Origin: a bacterium
GTDB taxonomy: Bacteria; UBA8248
Length of the DNA stretch: 64,000 nt
NCBI GenBank assembly: GCA_965221655.1
Contig: OZ244906.1
Span: 2,608,009-2,672,008, forward strand
Reading direction: 5' to 3'
The notes beneath the pieces were generated by a model, which worked only from the letters and a program-made list of their open reading frames with translations, had not been told where the DNA came from and ran no database searches. A program made the translations under genes and the position numbers. This document shows, in pieces, positions 46,826 through 56,656 of this stretch. How positions within the stretch are numbered: the first letter of the stretch is position 1; every line of letters begins with the position of its first letter.

Positions 46826-47977
46826 TTGGATTTCGAATTGAACGAATTGCAAGAGAGTGTCCGCCGGATGATGAAAGACTTCGTGGAGCGCGAGGTCCTG
46901 CCCATCGCCATGGAATATGAACTCGCCGACAAGTACCCCACGCCCGCCGTGGAGAAGATGAAGGAACTCGGTTTTTTCGGCTTCACGATACCTGAGGAAT
47001 ACGGCGGGAGCGGCATGGACGAGGTGTGTTACGCTATCGCCATGGAGGAGCTTTCCGTCGGCTGGATGAGCGTGGCGGGTATTCTGGGCACGCACATGAT
47101 GACCGCCTGGATGCTCCTTCACTACGGAACCGACGAGCAGAAAAAAGCCTACCTCCCCAAGATGGCGACCGGCGAGTGGCGCTCGGGCATGGCGCTCACC
47201 GAGCCGGGCTCGGGCTCAGACGCCGCCGCTCTCAAGACCCGCGCGGTGCGCGAAGACGACCAGTGGGTGATGAACGGCTCGAAGATGTACATCTCGAACG
47301 CCGAGCACGGCACCATGTTCAGCGTCTTCGCGCGCACCGACCCGGAAAAACCCAAGGCGCGGGGCATTTCCTGCATCCTCGTCCACAAGGGAACGCCCGG
47401 GTTCCGAGTCAGCCGGCACCTCAAGAAGATGGGCTACCGCGGCATTCGCACGAGCGAGTTGGTGTTCGAGGACGCGCGCGTGCCGCTCGAGAATCTTTTG
47501 GGAGAGGAGAATGCGGGTTTCCCGATGATCATGAGCGCCTTGGAGGGCGGCCGCATCAACGTGGCGGCGCGCAGCGTGGGGCTGGCGCGGGCGGCGTTCG
47601 AGGATTCGATGCGCTACGCACAGCAGCGCGAAACCTTCGGCAAGCCGCTGGCCGGACACCAGTTGATACAGGCGAAACTCGCCGAGATGGGAACGCGCAT
47701 CCACGCGGCGAAGCTGATGACCTACCACGCGGCGAACCTCAAGTCTCAGGGCAAACGCTGCGACCTGGAGGCCGGCATGGCCAAGTTCTTCGCTTCGGAG
47801 ACCGCCGAATTCTGTGCGAGCGAGGCTATTCAGGTGCACGGCGGCATGGGCTACATTCAGGAGTTGCCCGTAGAGCGCTATTTCAGGGACTCGAAACTTC
47901 TGGTGGTGGGCGAGGGGTCGAACGAGATTCAGCGCCTCATTATCGCCAAGAGGCTTTTGGAGCTCTACCCGGCCTGA
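46826..47977 (+). CDS. acyl-CoA dehydrogenase
   Basis: The RBS AAAGGAG precedes a TTG start. Full ACAD three-domain layout with a conserved catalytic Glu region near the C-terminus (YIQE..). Confidence 0.85.
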   Translation: MDFELNELQESVRRMMKDFVEREVLPIAMEYELADKYPTPAVEKMKELGFFGFTIPEEYGGSGMDEVCYAIAMEELSVGWMSVAGILGTHMMTAWMLLHYGTDEQKKAYLPKMATGEWRSGMALTEPGSGSDAAALKTRAVREDDQWVMNGSKMYISNAEHGTMFSVFARTDPEKPKARGISCILVHKGTPGFRVSRHLKKMGYRGIRTSELVFEDARVPLENLLGEENAGFPMIMSALEGGRINVAARSVGLARAAFEDSMRYAQQRETFGKPLAGHQLIQAKLAEMGTRIHAAKLMTYHAANLKSQGKRCDLEAGMAKFFASETAEFCASEAIQVHGGMGYIQELPVERYFRDSKLLVVGEGSNEIQRLIIAKRLLELYPA

Positions 47978-47996
47978 CGCGCAAAGGAGAGAGAAG

Positions 47997-48500
47997 GTGG
48001 CGAACTTCCAGATGGGACGCTGGTATGAGGATTTCGTCGTCGGCGAGGTCATCAAGCACAGGCCGGGGCGCACGATACTCGAATCGGACAACACCTGGTT
48101 CACCCTGCTGACGAACAACACCCACCCGATTCACTTCGACGCCCACTATGCGTCGAAGACCCAGTTCGGGAAACCACTCGTGAACTCGGCCCTCACCCTG
48201 GCCGTCGTGGCCGGCATGACGGTCACCGATACCTCCTACCGCTCGGTGGCGAACCTGGAGTGGACCTACATCCGGCTTCCCGCCCCCGTCTTTGCGGGCG
48301 ATACGCTCTACGCGGAGTCGGAAATCATCGACAAGCGCGAATCGAAGAGCAAGCCCGACAGGGGAATCGTCTCCATCAAGACGCGCGCCTACAACCAGCG
48401 CGGTGAGTTGGTGATGGAGTATGAGCGAAAATCTCTCGCCGCGAAAAAGGGGATGGGCGCCATCCCCGACTACGACAACATTGCCCTGGACGGCGAATAG
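47997..48500 (+). CDS. MaoC-like (R-specific enoyl-CoA hydratase hot-dog fold) dehydratase
   Basis: Hot-dog-fold hydratase motifs (NNTHPIHFD) and a length of 167 aa. It directly follows the ACAD gene. Confidence 0.85.
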   Translation: MANFQMGRWYEDFVVGEVIKHRPGRTILESDNTWFTLLTNNTHPIHFDAHYASKTQFGKPLVNSALTLAVVAGMTVTDTSYRSVANLEWTYIRLPAPVFAGDTLYAESEIIDKRESKSKPDRGIVSIKTRAYNQRGELVMEYERKSLAAKKGMGAIPDYDNIALDGE

Positions 48501-48659
48501 AGCGCGCGCGGTCCATACGGCGTGCATGGGGAGGAGGCATCCGCTCTTTTGCGGCGGCGTGGTCCTGTGTGCTAGTATCGCGCCGTTGCGCTTGCCGACG
48601 CGAGGAGGCCGTGCCTTCCCGAACGTTTTCGAAAACCCGATTCGAGCGAGGAAAACGTC

Positions 48660-49841
48660 TTGTACGATGAGTTGAGTCCGCATTTGCGCCTGTTGCTGGG
48701 TCCGGGGCCGAGTCCGGTGCACCCGAGAATTCTCAAAGCCATGAGCACCCACGTGGTAGGGCATCTCGACCCCGACTTCCTCCAGGTGATGGACGATTGT
48801 CAGGGGATGCTGCGCGCGCTGTTCAACACGCGCAACGAGGTGACGTTCCCCGTCTCGGGCACGGGCAGTGCGGCGATGGAGGCGTCTGTATGCAACATCG
48901 TCGAACCGGGGGATAAGGCCGTCATCTGCGTGAACGGCGTGTTCGGCGAACGCATGAGCGACGTGGCGGCACGCTACGGGGCGCAGGTCGTGCGCGTGGA
49001 GGCTCCCTGGGGCCACGCCATCGACCCCCAGGACGTAAAGGCCGCACTGGATGCCCACCCCGACGCCGTGATGCTCGGCATCGTCCACGCCGAGACGAGC
49101 ACGGGCGTGCTCCAGCCTATGGAGGAAATCGGCGCGATGTGCCGCGAACACGGGGCGCTGTTGTTGCTCGACTGCGTGACTTCTTTGGGCGGCGTTCCCG
49201 TGGCGCTCGACGAATGGGGGGTCGAGGTCGCCTACAGCGGCACGCAGAAGTGTCTGGCGTGCCCGCCGGGCGTCGCGCCCATCACTTTCAGCGAACGCGC
49301 CCTCGGCAAGGTGCGCGAGCGAAAGTCGAAGGTCACGAGTTGGTACTTCGATGTGAGTATGGTGGAAAAATACTGGGGAGAGGACCGTGTCTACCACCAC
49401 ACCGGGCCCATCTCCATGAACTACGCGATTCGTGAGGCGCTGCGCATCATTTTCGAGGAAGGCCTTGAAGCGCGCTTCGCCAGGCACGCCCTTGCGAGCC
49501 GGGCGTTGCAGGCGGGAGTCGAGGCACTGGGGTTGTCCATGTTCGCGCAGGCAGGCGCGCGCACGCCGACGCTCAATACCGTCGCTCTTGCGGAGGGGAT
49601 GGACGACGGCGCGGTGCGCAAGCGCCTGCTCGAGGAGTTCAACATCGAGATCGGCGGGGGGCTGGGCGCCGTGGCCGGCAAGATATGGCGGATAGGGATG
49701 ATGGGCCACGGGGCCACCCAGGCCAACGTGGTCTACCTTCTTTCGGCTCTGGAGGTTATTTTTTCTCGATTGGGCTATATTGCAAAGGCTGGAGACGGCG
49801 TCGCGGCTGCATCGCGCGTGTTTGCCGAAAGCGCTTCCTGA
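48660..49841 (+). CDS. class V aminotransferase (alanine-glyoxylate / serine-pyruvate aminotransferase family)
   Basis: PLP-binding Lys region SGTQKCL and the overall AGXT-like layout. 393 aa. Confidence 0.85.
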   Translation: MYDELSPHLRLLLGPGPSPVHPRILKAMSTHVVGHLDPDFLQVMDDCQGMLRALFNTRNEVTFPVSGTGSAAMEASVCNIVEPGDKAVICVNGVFGERMSDVAARYGAQVVRVEAPWGHAIDPQDVKAALDAHPDAVMLGIVHAETSTGVLQPMEEIGAMCREHGALLLLDCVTSLGGVPVALDEWGVEVAYSGTQKCLACPPGVAPITFSERALGKVRERKSKVTSWYFDVSMVEKYWGEDRVYHHTGPISMNYAIREALRIIFEEGLEARFARHALASRALQAGVEALGLSMFAQAGARTPTLNTVALAEGMDDGAVRKRLLEEFNIEIGGGLGAVAGKIWRIGMMGHGATQANVVYLLSALEVIFSRLGYIAKAGDGVAAASRVFAESAS

Positions 49842-49866
49842 GCGTTCATCCAAAGGAGCCTTCTCG

Positions 49867-50076
49867 ATGTTCCCGATGAATATGGGCATCCCCGAACTGC
49901 TGGTGATTCTCGCGATATGCGTGCTCGTCTTCGGCGCGAAGCGCCTGCCGGAAATCGGTTCGGGCCTCGCGCGGGGGATCAAGAGCTTCAAGAAGGGAAT
50001 GAGCGACGACGCGGAACTGCCCGAGAAAAACGGGGAGGCCGCTTCTTCCGCCGCGGGAAAGGGCGAGAAGAGCTGA
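49867..50076 (+). CDS. tatA: twin-arginine translocase TatA/E family protein
   Basis: [26 protein letters not shown] is the canonical TatA TM helix plus amphipathic helix. The RBS AAAGGAG lies upstream. Confidence 0.8.
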   Translation: MFPMNMGIPELLVILAICVLVFGAKRLPEIGSGLARGIKSFKKGMSDDAELPEKNGEAASSAAGKGEKS

Positions 50077-50086
50077 GAGAGTCCGC

Positions 50087-50135
50087 TGCCGCCGCGCGTG
50101 TGCCTTGAGGCGCGGCGGGCGGGGGGTCGTCTTTT
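50087..50135 (+). terminator. rho-independent terminator after tatA
   Basis: GC-rich hairpin CCGCCGCGCG-loop-CGCGCGGCGG followed by the T-rich tract GTCGTCTTTT. Confidence 0.5.
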
Positions 50136-50280
50136 CCCAGTGCCCCGAATGCCGACGTGCCCCGGTGGTCGAGAAGCGGATTTTTGAGCGGCGGAACAAA
50201 GCAGCGAAAGGCAACCCCGATTTTCCGACCAGCCCTGCGTGCGCAGCGGTTGGTTTTTTCATTCACGCGAGAGCATACCT

Positions 50281-51522
50281 GTGGAATTCTTCAAGGTCGT
50301 ATCGCCCGAAGAAGCGCGGCGCCAGCTGGAGGGCTTTCGCCCGCTGGGAGAGGAGAGTGTTTCTTCTTTCGACGCGGTGGGCCGCGTCCTGGCCCGGGAG
50401 GTGTGCTCCCCGGTCGATCTGCCCGATTTCCCCCGGGCCACGATGGACGGCTACGCGCTTCGGGCGGCGGATTCATTCGGTGCGAGCGAATCCATTCCCG
50501 CCTATCTCGACATCAAAGGCCAGGTTCCCATGGGGGCCGCTCCCGGGTTCGCCCTCGAGCGGAGCGAGGCGGCGCGCGTCCTCACCGGAGGCATGATTCC
50601 CGAGGGCGCCGACGCGGTGGTGATGGAGGAGTTCACCTCCGCGCCCGATCCGCAAACCCTGGAGGTCAGACGGCCCGTCGCCGTGGGCGAGAACGTTCTG
50701 GGGGTTGGTGACGACATCAAGGCGGGCGAGGCAATTCTGCGGGCGGGCTTTCGCCTCAGAAGCCAGGACGTCGGCGCCCTCGCCGGCGTCGGCATCACGT
50801 CGGTGACGGTGCATCGCCGCCCCCGGGTGGCGATACTGCCCACGGGGGACGAACTCGTCGACCCAAGCCGAACGCCCGGCACGGGCCAAGTGCGCGACAT
50901 CAATCGCTTCTCCCTGGCGGCGGGTGTGGTCGAGGCGGGCGGCGTGCCCGAAACCGCCGACATCCTCCCCGACGACCTGGCCCTCATCAAGGAACGCCTC
51001 GAAGAGGCCGTTCGCCGCGCGGACGTCGTGCTCATCTCGGGGGGCAGCTCCATGGGTCTGCGCGACTATACGGTCGAGGCCGTCGACGCACTCGGGGAGC
51101 CGGGCGTTTTGGTGCACGGCATATCCATCAAGCCCGGCAAGCCGACCATCATCGGGCGCGTTGTCAAAGACGGGGAGGACAAGGCCGTCATCGGCATTCC
51201 GGGGCATCCCGTCTCGGCTCTCATGATTTTTCACGCCTTCGTTCGACCCGTTATCCGGCAATTGAGCGGGGAGACCCTGCGGGCGGAAACGGCTCCCGAG
51301 AGTCTGGCGGCCACCCTTTCAAGAAACGTGGCCTCTGCCCCCGGACGCGAGGACATGATTCGGGTCTCGCTCGCCCCGGGCGAGAACGGACGCATCGCCC
51401 ACCCTCTGATGGGCAATTCCGCGATGATATCCACCATGACGAAGGCCGACGGCTACATCACCGTGCCCCTCGAGGCCGAAGGGTTGCCCGAAGGAGCGCG
51501 GGTGCGCGTACATCTGTATTGA
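50281..51522 (+). CDS. moeA: molybdopterin molybdotransferase MoeA
   Basis: Complete MoeA four-domain layout including the MoCF-biosynthesis domain (GDEL, ISGGSSMG). The start (GTG 50281 versus the track start 50239) is uncertain. Confidence 0.85.
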   Translation: MEFFKVVSPEEARRQLEGFRPLGEESVSSFDAVGRVLAREVCSPVDLPDFPRATMDGYALRAADSFGASESIPAYLDIKGQVPMGAAPGFALERSEAARVLTGGMIPEGADAVVMEEFTSAPDPQTLEVRRPVAVGENVLGVGDDIKAGEAILRAGFRLRSQDVGALAGVGITSVTVHRRPRVAILPTGDELVDPSRTPGTGQVRDINRFSLAAGVVEAGGVPETADILPDDLALIKERLEEAVRRADVVLISGGSSMGLRDYTVEAVDALGEPGVLVHGISIKPGKPTIIGRVVKDGEDKAVIGIPGHPVSALMIFHAFVRPVIRQLSGETLRAETAPESLAATLSRNVASAPGREDMIRVSLAPGENGRIAHPLMGNSAMISTMTKADGYITVPLEAEGLPEGARVRVHLY

Positions 51523-51662
51523 TGGAAAGCAGGGCGTCTGGATGTTTTTCTTCTGAAGCCTCCACATCTCCTCCTCGCCGCTTACGGCCGGCCTCGCCAT
51601 GGCAATCCGGCCTGCCTGCGCCTATAATCGTCTTTTTCGTTCAGTGGAACGGGGCAAAGCGG

Positions 51663-53612
51663 ATGAGCGATTTACTTCCGGTCGCTGGGGGCCGGAAAAT
51701 CTATTTGGAAAACGTTCCGCGCGAGGAGGCGCTCACGCGCCTTTTGGAGAAAGTGAGCACCCTGCGTCTCGAAGAAGAGGAAGTTCCCACGCCCGAGGCG
51801 CTCGGGCGCGTAACGGCGCGCGCGGCCTATGCCCGAATTTCCAGCCCGCACTTTCATGCCGCCGCCATGGACGGCTACGCCCTCGACGCGGCGCAGACCT
51901 CCGGCGCCACGCCCGTCACCCCGAAAGAATTCGCCCTCGGCGCGCAAGCCCACCCCCTCGACACGGGCGATCCGCTGCCCGTGGGAACCGATTGCGTCGT
52001 CATGATCGAGCACGTGCACGAGGCGACTCCCGGCGCGATTCGTATCGAGGCGGCGCTCTCGCCCTGGCAAAACGTGCGCGTGGCGGGAGAAGACGTCGTC
52101 GAGGGCCAGCTTCTCCTCACCGCGGGCCACGTGTTGCGGCCCTATGATCTGGGCGCTCTTCTCGCGGCAGGCCTCACGCGGGTATGGGTGCGCAAGCGTC
52201 CGCGGGTCGCCGTCATCCCCACGGGAGACGAACTCGTCGAGGCAGGCTCGGCTCTAGCGCCCGGCGATCTGGTGGAGTTCAACTCCGTTGTCCTCTCCGC
52301 CTTCATCACCGAGTGGGGGGGGGAGGCGCTCCCCGGCCCGATACGCGCGGACAGGTTCGAGGCCATCGAGGACGCCGTTCGCGACGCTCTGGAGAGTGCC
52401 GACATTGTCTTGGTGAACGCGGGTTCCTCCGCGGGGCGCGAAGACCACACTGCCGCCGTCGTCGAAAGACTCGGGGAAGTTCTGGTGCACGGCGTGGCCA
52501 TCTTTCCCGGCAAGCCCACTATCCTCGGCGTTTGCCGCGCGAAGTCGGGTGCGCGCAAGCCCGTACTCGGGATTCCGGGCTATCCGGTTTCGGCGGCACT
52601 GGCGCTTCGCGAGTTTGTGCGTCCCCTCATGGCGCATATGGCGGGCGCGACGCCCGGGGAGGAGGAGCGCATTCGCGCCTTCATGAGCCGCAAAAGCCCT
52701 TCTCGGCTCGGCATGGAGGAGTTTTTGCGCGTGAAGATCGGCCAGGTGGGCGAGCGCATGATTTGCCTGCCCGCCAAGCGCGGGGCCAGCGTCATCAGTT
52801 CACTCGTAGAGGCCGACGGCGTGGTGCGCGTTTCCCCCCAAGTGGAGGGAATCGAGACGGGCGAAGAGGTCTCGGTCGAATTGTTGCGGCCGCTCTCCGA
52901 GATTCGGAGCAACGTACTCATGGCGGGCAGCCACGACAACGCGCTCGACTTGCTGGCGGAGGAGCTGAGAAAACGCCACCGCGACGCGCGCCTTTGCACC
53001 TCGGCGGTGGGTTCGCTGGCAGGCCTCATCGCCGTGCGCGACGGCGAGGCGCACGTGGCGGGCAGCCACCTGCTCGACGTACGGACGGGAGACTACAACT
53101 GGCCCTACGTCCGGCGCTATCTCAAGGGGCGCGACGTCTTGGTGGTGAATTTCGTGCGCAGGGAGCAGGGCATCATCACACCCCCGGGAAACCCCAAGGG
53201 CATCGAGCAAATATCCGACCTCGCGCGCGAGGACGTGGCCATCGTGAACCGCCAGAGCGGAGCGGGCACGCGGGTGCTGCTGGATCACTTGATGGAGCGC
53301 CACGACCTCTCGCCCGCGGACGTTGCGGGCTACGAGCGGGTGGAGACGACCCACATGTCGGTGGCCATGGCGGTGGCGGCCGGGCGTGCGGACTGCGGTT
53401 TGGGGATATTCGCCGCCGCGCGTTTGCTGAACCTCGACTTCATTCCCCTGGAGTGGGAGCGCTTCGATTTGGTCGTGCCGCGAGAGCATTGGGAGACGCC
53501 TGCGCTGCGCAAGGTGATGGAGGTTTTGCACGACGCCGCCTTTCGAGGTGCCGTGGAGGCGTTGGGCGGGTATAATACGGAATGGACGGGCAGGGTGCTG
53601 ACCGAACCCTAG
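51663..53612 (+). CDS. MoeA-family molybdotransferase fused to a C-terminal periplasmic-binding-protein-like (molybdate/tungstate-binding type) domain
   Basis: N-terminal 400 aa are MoeA-like (PTGDELVEAG, NAGSSAGRED). C-terminal 250 aa resemble a type-II periplasmic-binding-protein fold. The ATG at 51663 follows a TATAAT box at 51622. Confidence 0.75.
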   Translation: MSDLLPVAGGRKIYLENVPREEALTRLLEKVSTLRLEEEEVPTPEALGRVTARAAYARISSPHFHAAAMDGYALDAAQTSGATPVTPKEFALGAQAHPLDTGDPLPVGTDCVVMIEHVHEATPGAIRIEAALSPWQNVRVAGEDVVEGQLLLTAGHVLRPYDLGALLAAGLTRVWVRKRPRVAVIPTGDELVEAGSALAPGDLVEFNSVVLSAFITEWGGEALPGPIRADRFEAIEDAVRDALESADIVLVNAGSSAGREDHTAAVVERLGEVLVHGVAIFPGKPTILGVCRAKSGARKPVLGIPGYPVSAALALREFVRPLMAHMAGATPGEEERIRAFMSRKSPSRLGMEEFLRVKIGQVGERMICLPAKRGASVISSLVEADGVVRVSPQVEGIETGEEVSVELLRPLSEIRSNVLMAGSHDNALDLLAEELRKRHRDARLCTSAVGSLAGLIAVRDGEAHVAGSHLLDVRTGDYNWPYVRRYLKGRDVLVVNFVRREQGIITPPGNPKGIEQISDLAREDVAIVNRQSGAGTRVLLDHLMERHDLSPADVAGYERVETTHMSVAMAVAAGRADCGLGIFAAARLLNLDFIPLEWERFDLVVPREHWETPALRKVMEVLHDAAFRGAVEALGGYNTEWTGRVLTEP

Positions 53613-53614
53613 CA

Positions 53615-54622
53615 ATGCTGAAGCCGAGGATGCGAAAGATGGGTTTGTCTGATCGATACGGAAGAAACCACGACGATTTGCGAATCTCGGTGACGGACAG
53701 GTGTAACTTCCGCTGTTTCTACTGCATGCCCGAAGAAGGCATGACGTGGCTGCCGCACGAGGAGATTCTCGATTACGAGGAGATAGCCCGCTTGGTGCGC
53801 ATTACCACCGAGCTGGGTTTCGTGAGCTACCACCTCACGGGCGGCGAGCCGCTCCTGCGCAAGGATATCCACCGCCTCGTCGAGCAGATGGTCGAGATTC
53901 AGCCCGAAATGGACTTGGCTCTGACGACCAACGGCGTCCTGCTCCCCCAGATGGCGAAGGATTTGTACGCTGCGGGCCTTCGGCGCGTGAACATCAGCCT
54001 CGATTCGCTCGATGCGGGCAAGTTTCTGTTCATGACGCGCCGCGACGTGTTCGGCCAGGTCATGGAGGGTATCGAGGCGGCGGCCGAGGCGGGTTTTTCG
54101 CCCATCAAGATCAACGCGGTGGCCGTGAAAGGACTCACCGAGGAGGAGTTGCCGCGCTTCGCCAGGTGGTCGCGCGAGACGGGCCACGTCGTGCGTTTCA
54201 TCGAATACATGCCGCTCGACGCGGACCAGACCTGGGAGCACGAGAAGGTGCTCACTGCCGAGGAGATACTTGAGGGCCTTTCCGTGGAGGGAGAGCTCGA
54301 ACTCGTGAGCGGCCATCCCTCCGACCCCGCCACGCGCTACCGCTACCGCGACGGCAAGGGCGAGGTAGGCGTCATCGCCTCGGTAACCCGGCCTTTCTGC
54401 AAGGATTGCAACCGGATTCGCCTCACGGCGGACGGCATGGTGCGCACCTGCCTGTTCTCCAGCGTCGAGTACAACGTGAAGGAGATGCTCCGGGGCGGGG
54501 CATCGGATGAGGCGATCAAGGAGTGGCTCGCCGAGGTGGTGCTCACCAAGACGCCGGGTCACCTCATCGGCCAGGAAGAATTCACCCAGCCCGCGCGCAC
54601 CATGAGCGCCATCGGCGGCTAG
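53615..54622 (+). CDS. moaA: GTP 3',8-cyclase MoaA (radical SAM)
   Basis: CNFRCFYC radical-SAM cluster motif and the C-terminal auxiliary-cluster cysteines (CKDCNRIRLTADGMVRTCLF). Confidence 0.9.
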   Translation: MLKPRMRKMGLSDRYGRNHDDLRISVTDRCNFRCFYCMPEEGMTWLPHEEILDYEEIARLVRITTELGFVSYHLTGGEPLLRKDIHRLVEQMVEIQPEMDLALTTNGVLLPQMAKDLYAAGLRRVNISLDSLDAGKFLFMTRRDVFGQVMEGIEAAAEAGFSPIKINAVAVKGLTEEELPRFARWSRETGHVVRFIEYMPLDADQTWEHEKVLTAEEILEGLSVEGELELVSGHPSDPATRYRYRDGKGEVGVIASVTRPFCKDCNRIRLTADGMVRTCLFSSVEYNVKEMLRGGASDEAIKEWLAEVVLTKTPGHLIGQEEFTQPARTMSAIGG

Positions 54623-55191
54623 ACCCCGCGCACGGCGTTCTACCTTCCAAGCACGTGGTCCATCTGTCCGTTGTTTTTTCCTGATTTATAGCAAAATGAG
54701 GGAGTTTATGGATGATTCGTAAACTCCTTGTTTTTCTTGTGTATTGCTGCTGCGCGGCCCATGCCGGCGAGGGGCTGTTTTGCTTTGGGAGTGAAGGCAA
54801 AAGATGATTGATCAAAAAAGATATGACGAACTTACCGTGGCAATGGCGTCCCGCCCCGGTACGGATTCTGTAAGCAAGCGGTTCTTCGTCTTTGAGGTTT
54901 CGGTGTCTGGGTGAGCGTTCGTCTGTGGATTTTAACGCTGCTCGATTTCTCGTATTGTACACTGCATCGTACAACTCTGGCGACATGCGATATGCCCGGC
55001 CTGTTTTCGCGAATCCTCTAAGGTAGGCGAGCGATTTTTCTCGTACACCATTGCATTTCGCCTCCCCCGGAACCCGAGCGTGTCTAAAGGGGAATACACC
55101 TGCTTTGTGGTAAAATCGTGTGATTCGCCGCACCGAATCGGTAGAATGTATGGTTCACCGCCGGTGCTCTTTTATGGAGAGGGGCAGGGCA

Positions 55192-56643
55192 ATGTCCGCA
55201 AGAACGGCTGTCGTCCTCGTCTTTGTGCTCATCACCGCCGGGCAGGCCGTTTTCTCCGAGGCGGGCCGCCCGAGGGGCCGGGGAAACAGGGTCGTCTCCG
55301 TGCAGGTGCAAGAAGTCGCCGTAGGTCGTTTGGGCAGGCGCGTAGCGGCCACGGGCACCCTTTTGGCCCAAAGCGAGGTGCGGCTCATGTCCCGCGCCGA
55401 GGGCCAGGTGCGCGAAGTCCTGGTGCGCGAGGGTGCGCGTGTCGCAAAAGCACAGGTTCTCGCCCGGCTCGATTCCACCATCAAGCGGATAGATTTGGCA
55501 CTGGCCGAGAGCGACCTCGCCGCCGCGCGGGCGAAGCTCCAAAAGCTGCGCGCGGGCAGCAGGCCGGAGGAAATTGCCGCCGCTGCCGCCGCCTTCGCAC
55601 AGGCCAAGGCGGCGCGCGCGCGGGGCGAGGCGGAACTCGCCTCCATGGTTGCGCGTCGAAAGGAGGTGGATGCCAACGCGCGTTCTCTCGGGGCACTGCA
55701 TGAGAAGGGCGTCATCAGCGCACAGGAGTGGCGGAAGGTGACGACCGAGGCGAATCGCGCGCGTGCGGACGTGGCCGAACGTCGGGCGCGCCTCGCCGAG
55801 GATGCCGCCCGCGTCAGAGTCGCGGAGGAGAAGCTCAAGCTGGCAAGGGTCGGCGCGCGCGCGGAGGACATCGCGATGGCGCAGGCGGAGGTGGGTCAGC
55901 GCCTCCAGCGGGTGAAGCGGCTGATGGTAGAGATGGAATACTTCATCGTGCGTGCGCCGATATCGGGCGTCGTTACCGAAAGAAGGGTCGAACCCGGCGA
56001 CCTGGCGGTGAACAGGGCGCATTTGTTCACCATCGCCCGAACCGACACGCTGCGCGCCCGGGTGCGGGTGAGCGAACTGGATTTGCCGCTCATCCGCAAG
56101 GGCCAAGGAGCGCAAATCGAGCTCGACGCCTACCGCGGCCGAACGTTTTCGGGGCAGCTCACCCGGATTTTTCCGAGTGTCGACCCGAGTGCGCGGCAGC
56201 TCATCGTGGAGGTGGACATCGAAAACCCCGATTTTTCCTTGCGCCCCGGTCTTCTGGCCCGCGTGCGGTTCGACCCCCTGCTGGGCAGGAGTGCCATCAA
56301 CCTGCCGATTCATGCCGTGATATGGGACGGAGACTTGCGCACGCGAACGGGTATCGTCTTCGTCGTGGAGAAATTGCGTAGGAAAAGAGCCGGAGGCGGC
56401 CCTGGCGGCAAGGGTGCGCCCCGCGCAGGCGTGGCCGAGGCGAGCGTCCGGGGAGGGGAGCGCCGCGGCCGGGAAGGACGCCGTGGTCCGGGTTTCATGG
56501 TGGTGCGCCGCGAGGTTCGCCTGGGTGAAATGATTGACGGCCGCATCGAGATTCTCAAGGGTCTGCGCGTGGGTGAGCGGGTGGTGGTGAGCGCCACGAC
56601 CCGTTTGCGAGACAAGCGGCCCGTCCGGATCGTGGAGCCGTGA
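55192..56643 (+). CDS. efflux RND transporter periplasmic adaptor subunit (HlyD/MFP family)
   Basis: N-terminal signal/TM segment, long coiled-coil hairpin region, beta-barrel and MP domains. Positioned immediately upstream of the RND pump gene. Confidence 0.85.
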   Translation: MSARTAVVLVFVLITAGQAVFSEAGRPRGRGNRVVSVQVQEVAVGRLGRRVAATGTLLAQSEVRLMSRAEGQVREVLVREGARVAKAQVLARLDSTIKRIDLALAESDLAAARAKLQKLRAGSRPEEIAAAAAAFAQAKAARARGEAELASMVARRKEVDANARSLGALHEKGVISAQEWRKVTTEANRARADVAERRARLAEDAARVRVAEEKLKLARVGARAEDIAMAQAEVGQRLQRVKRLMVEMEYFIVRAPISGVVTERRVEPGDLAVNRAHLFTIARTDTLRARVRVSELDLPLIRKGQGAQIELDAYRGRTFSGQLTRIFPSVDPSARQLIVEVDIENPDFSLRPGLLARVRFDPLLGRSAINLPIHAVIWDGDLRTRTGIVFVVEKLRRKRAGGGPGGKGAPRAGVAEASVRGGERRGREGRRGPGFMVVRREVRLGEMIDGRIEILKGLRVGERVVVSATTRLRDKRPVRIVEP

Positions 56644-56656
56644 GGAGAATGGGCCC

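Noticed and set aside
47940-49991. 683-aa minus-strand ORF
   Set aside because: Antisense to the MaoC and aminotransferase genes. Low-complexity translation.
50077-50280. Possible molybdenum-cofactor riboswitch upstream of moeA
   Set aside because: The region contains a terminator-like hairpin for tatA but no Moco-motif elements recognisable by eye. It cannot be supported without a covariance-model scan.
54582-55133. 183-aa minus-strand ORF in the moaA-efflux spacer
   Set aside because: The Lys/Arg-rich, non-globular translation lies in a region better interpreted as non-coding. No RBS or motif.
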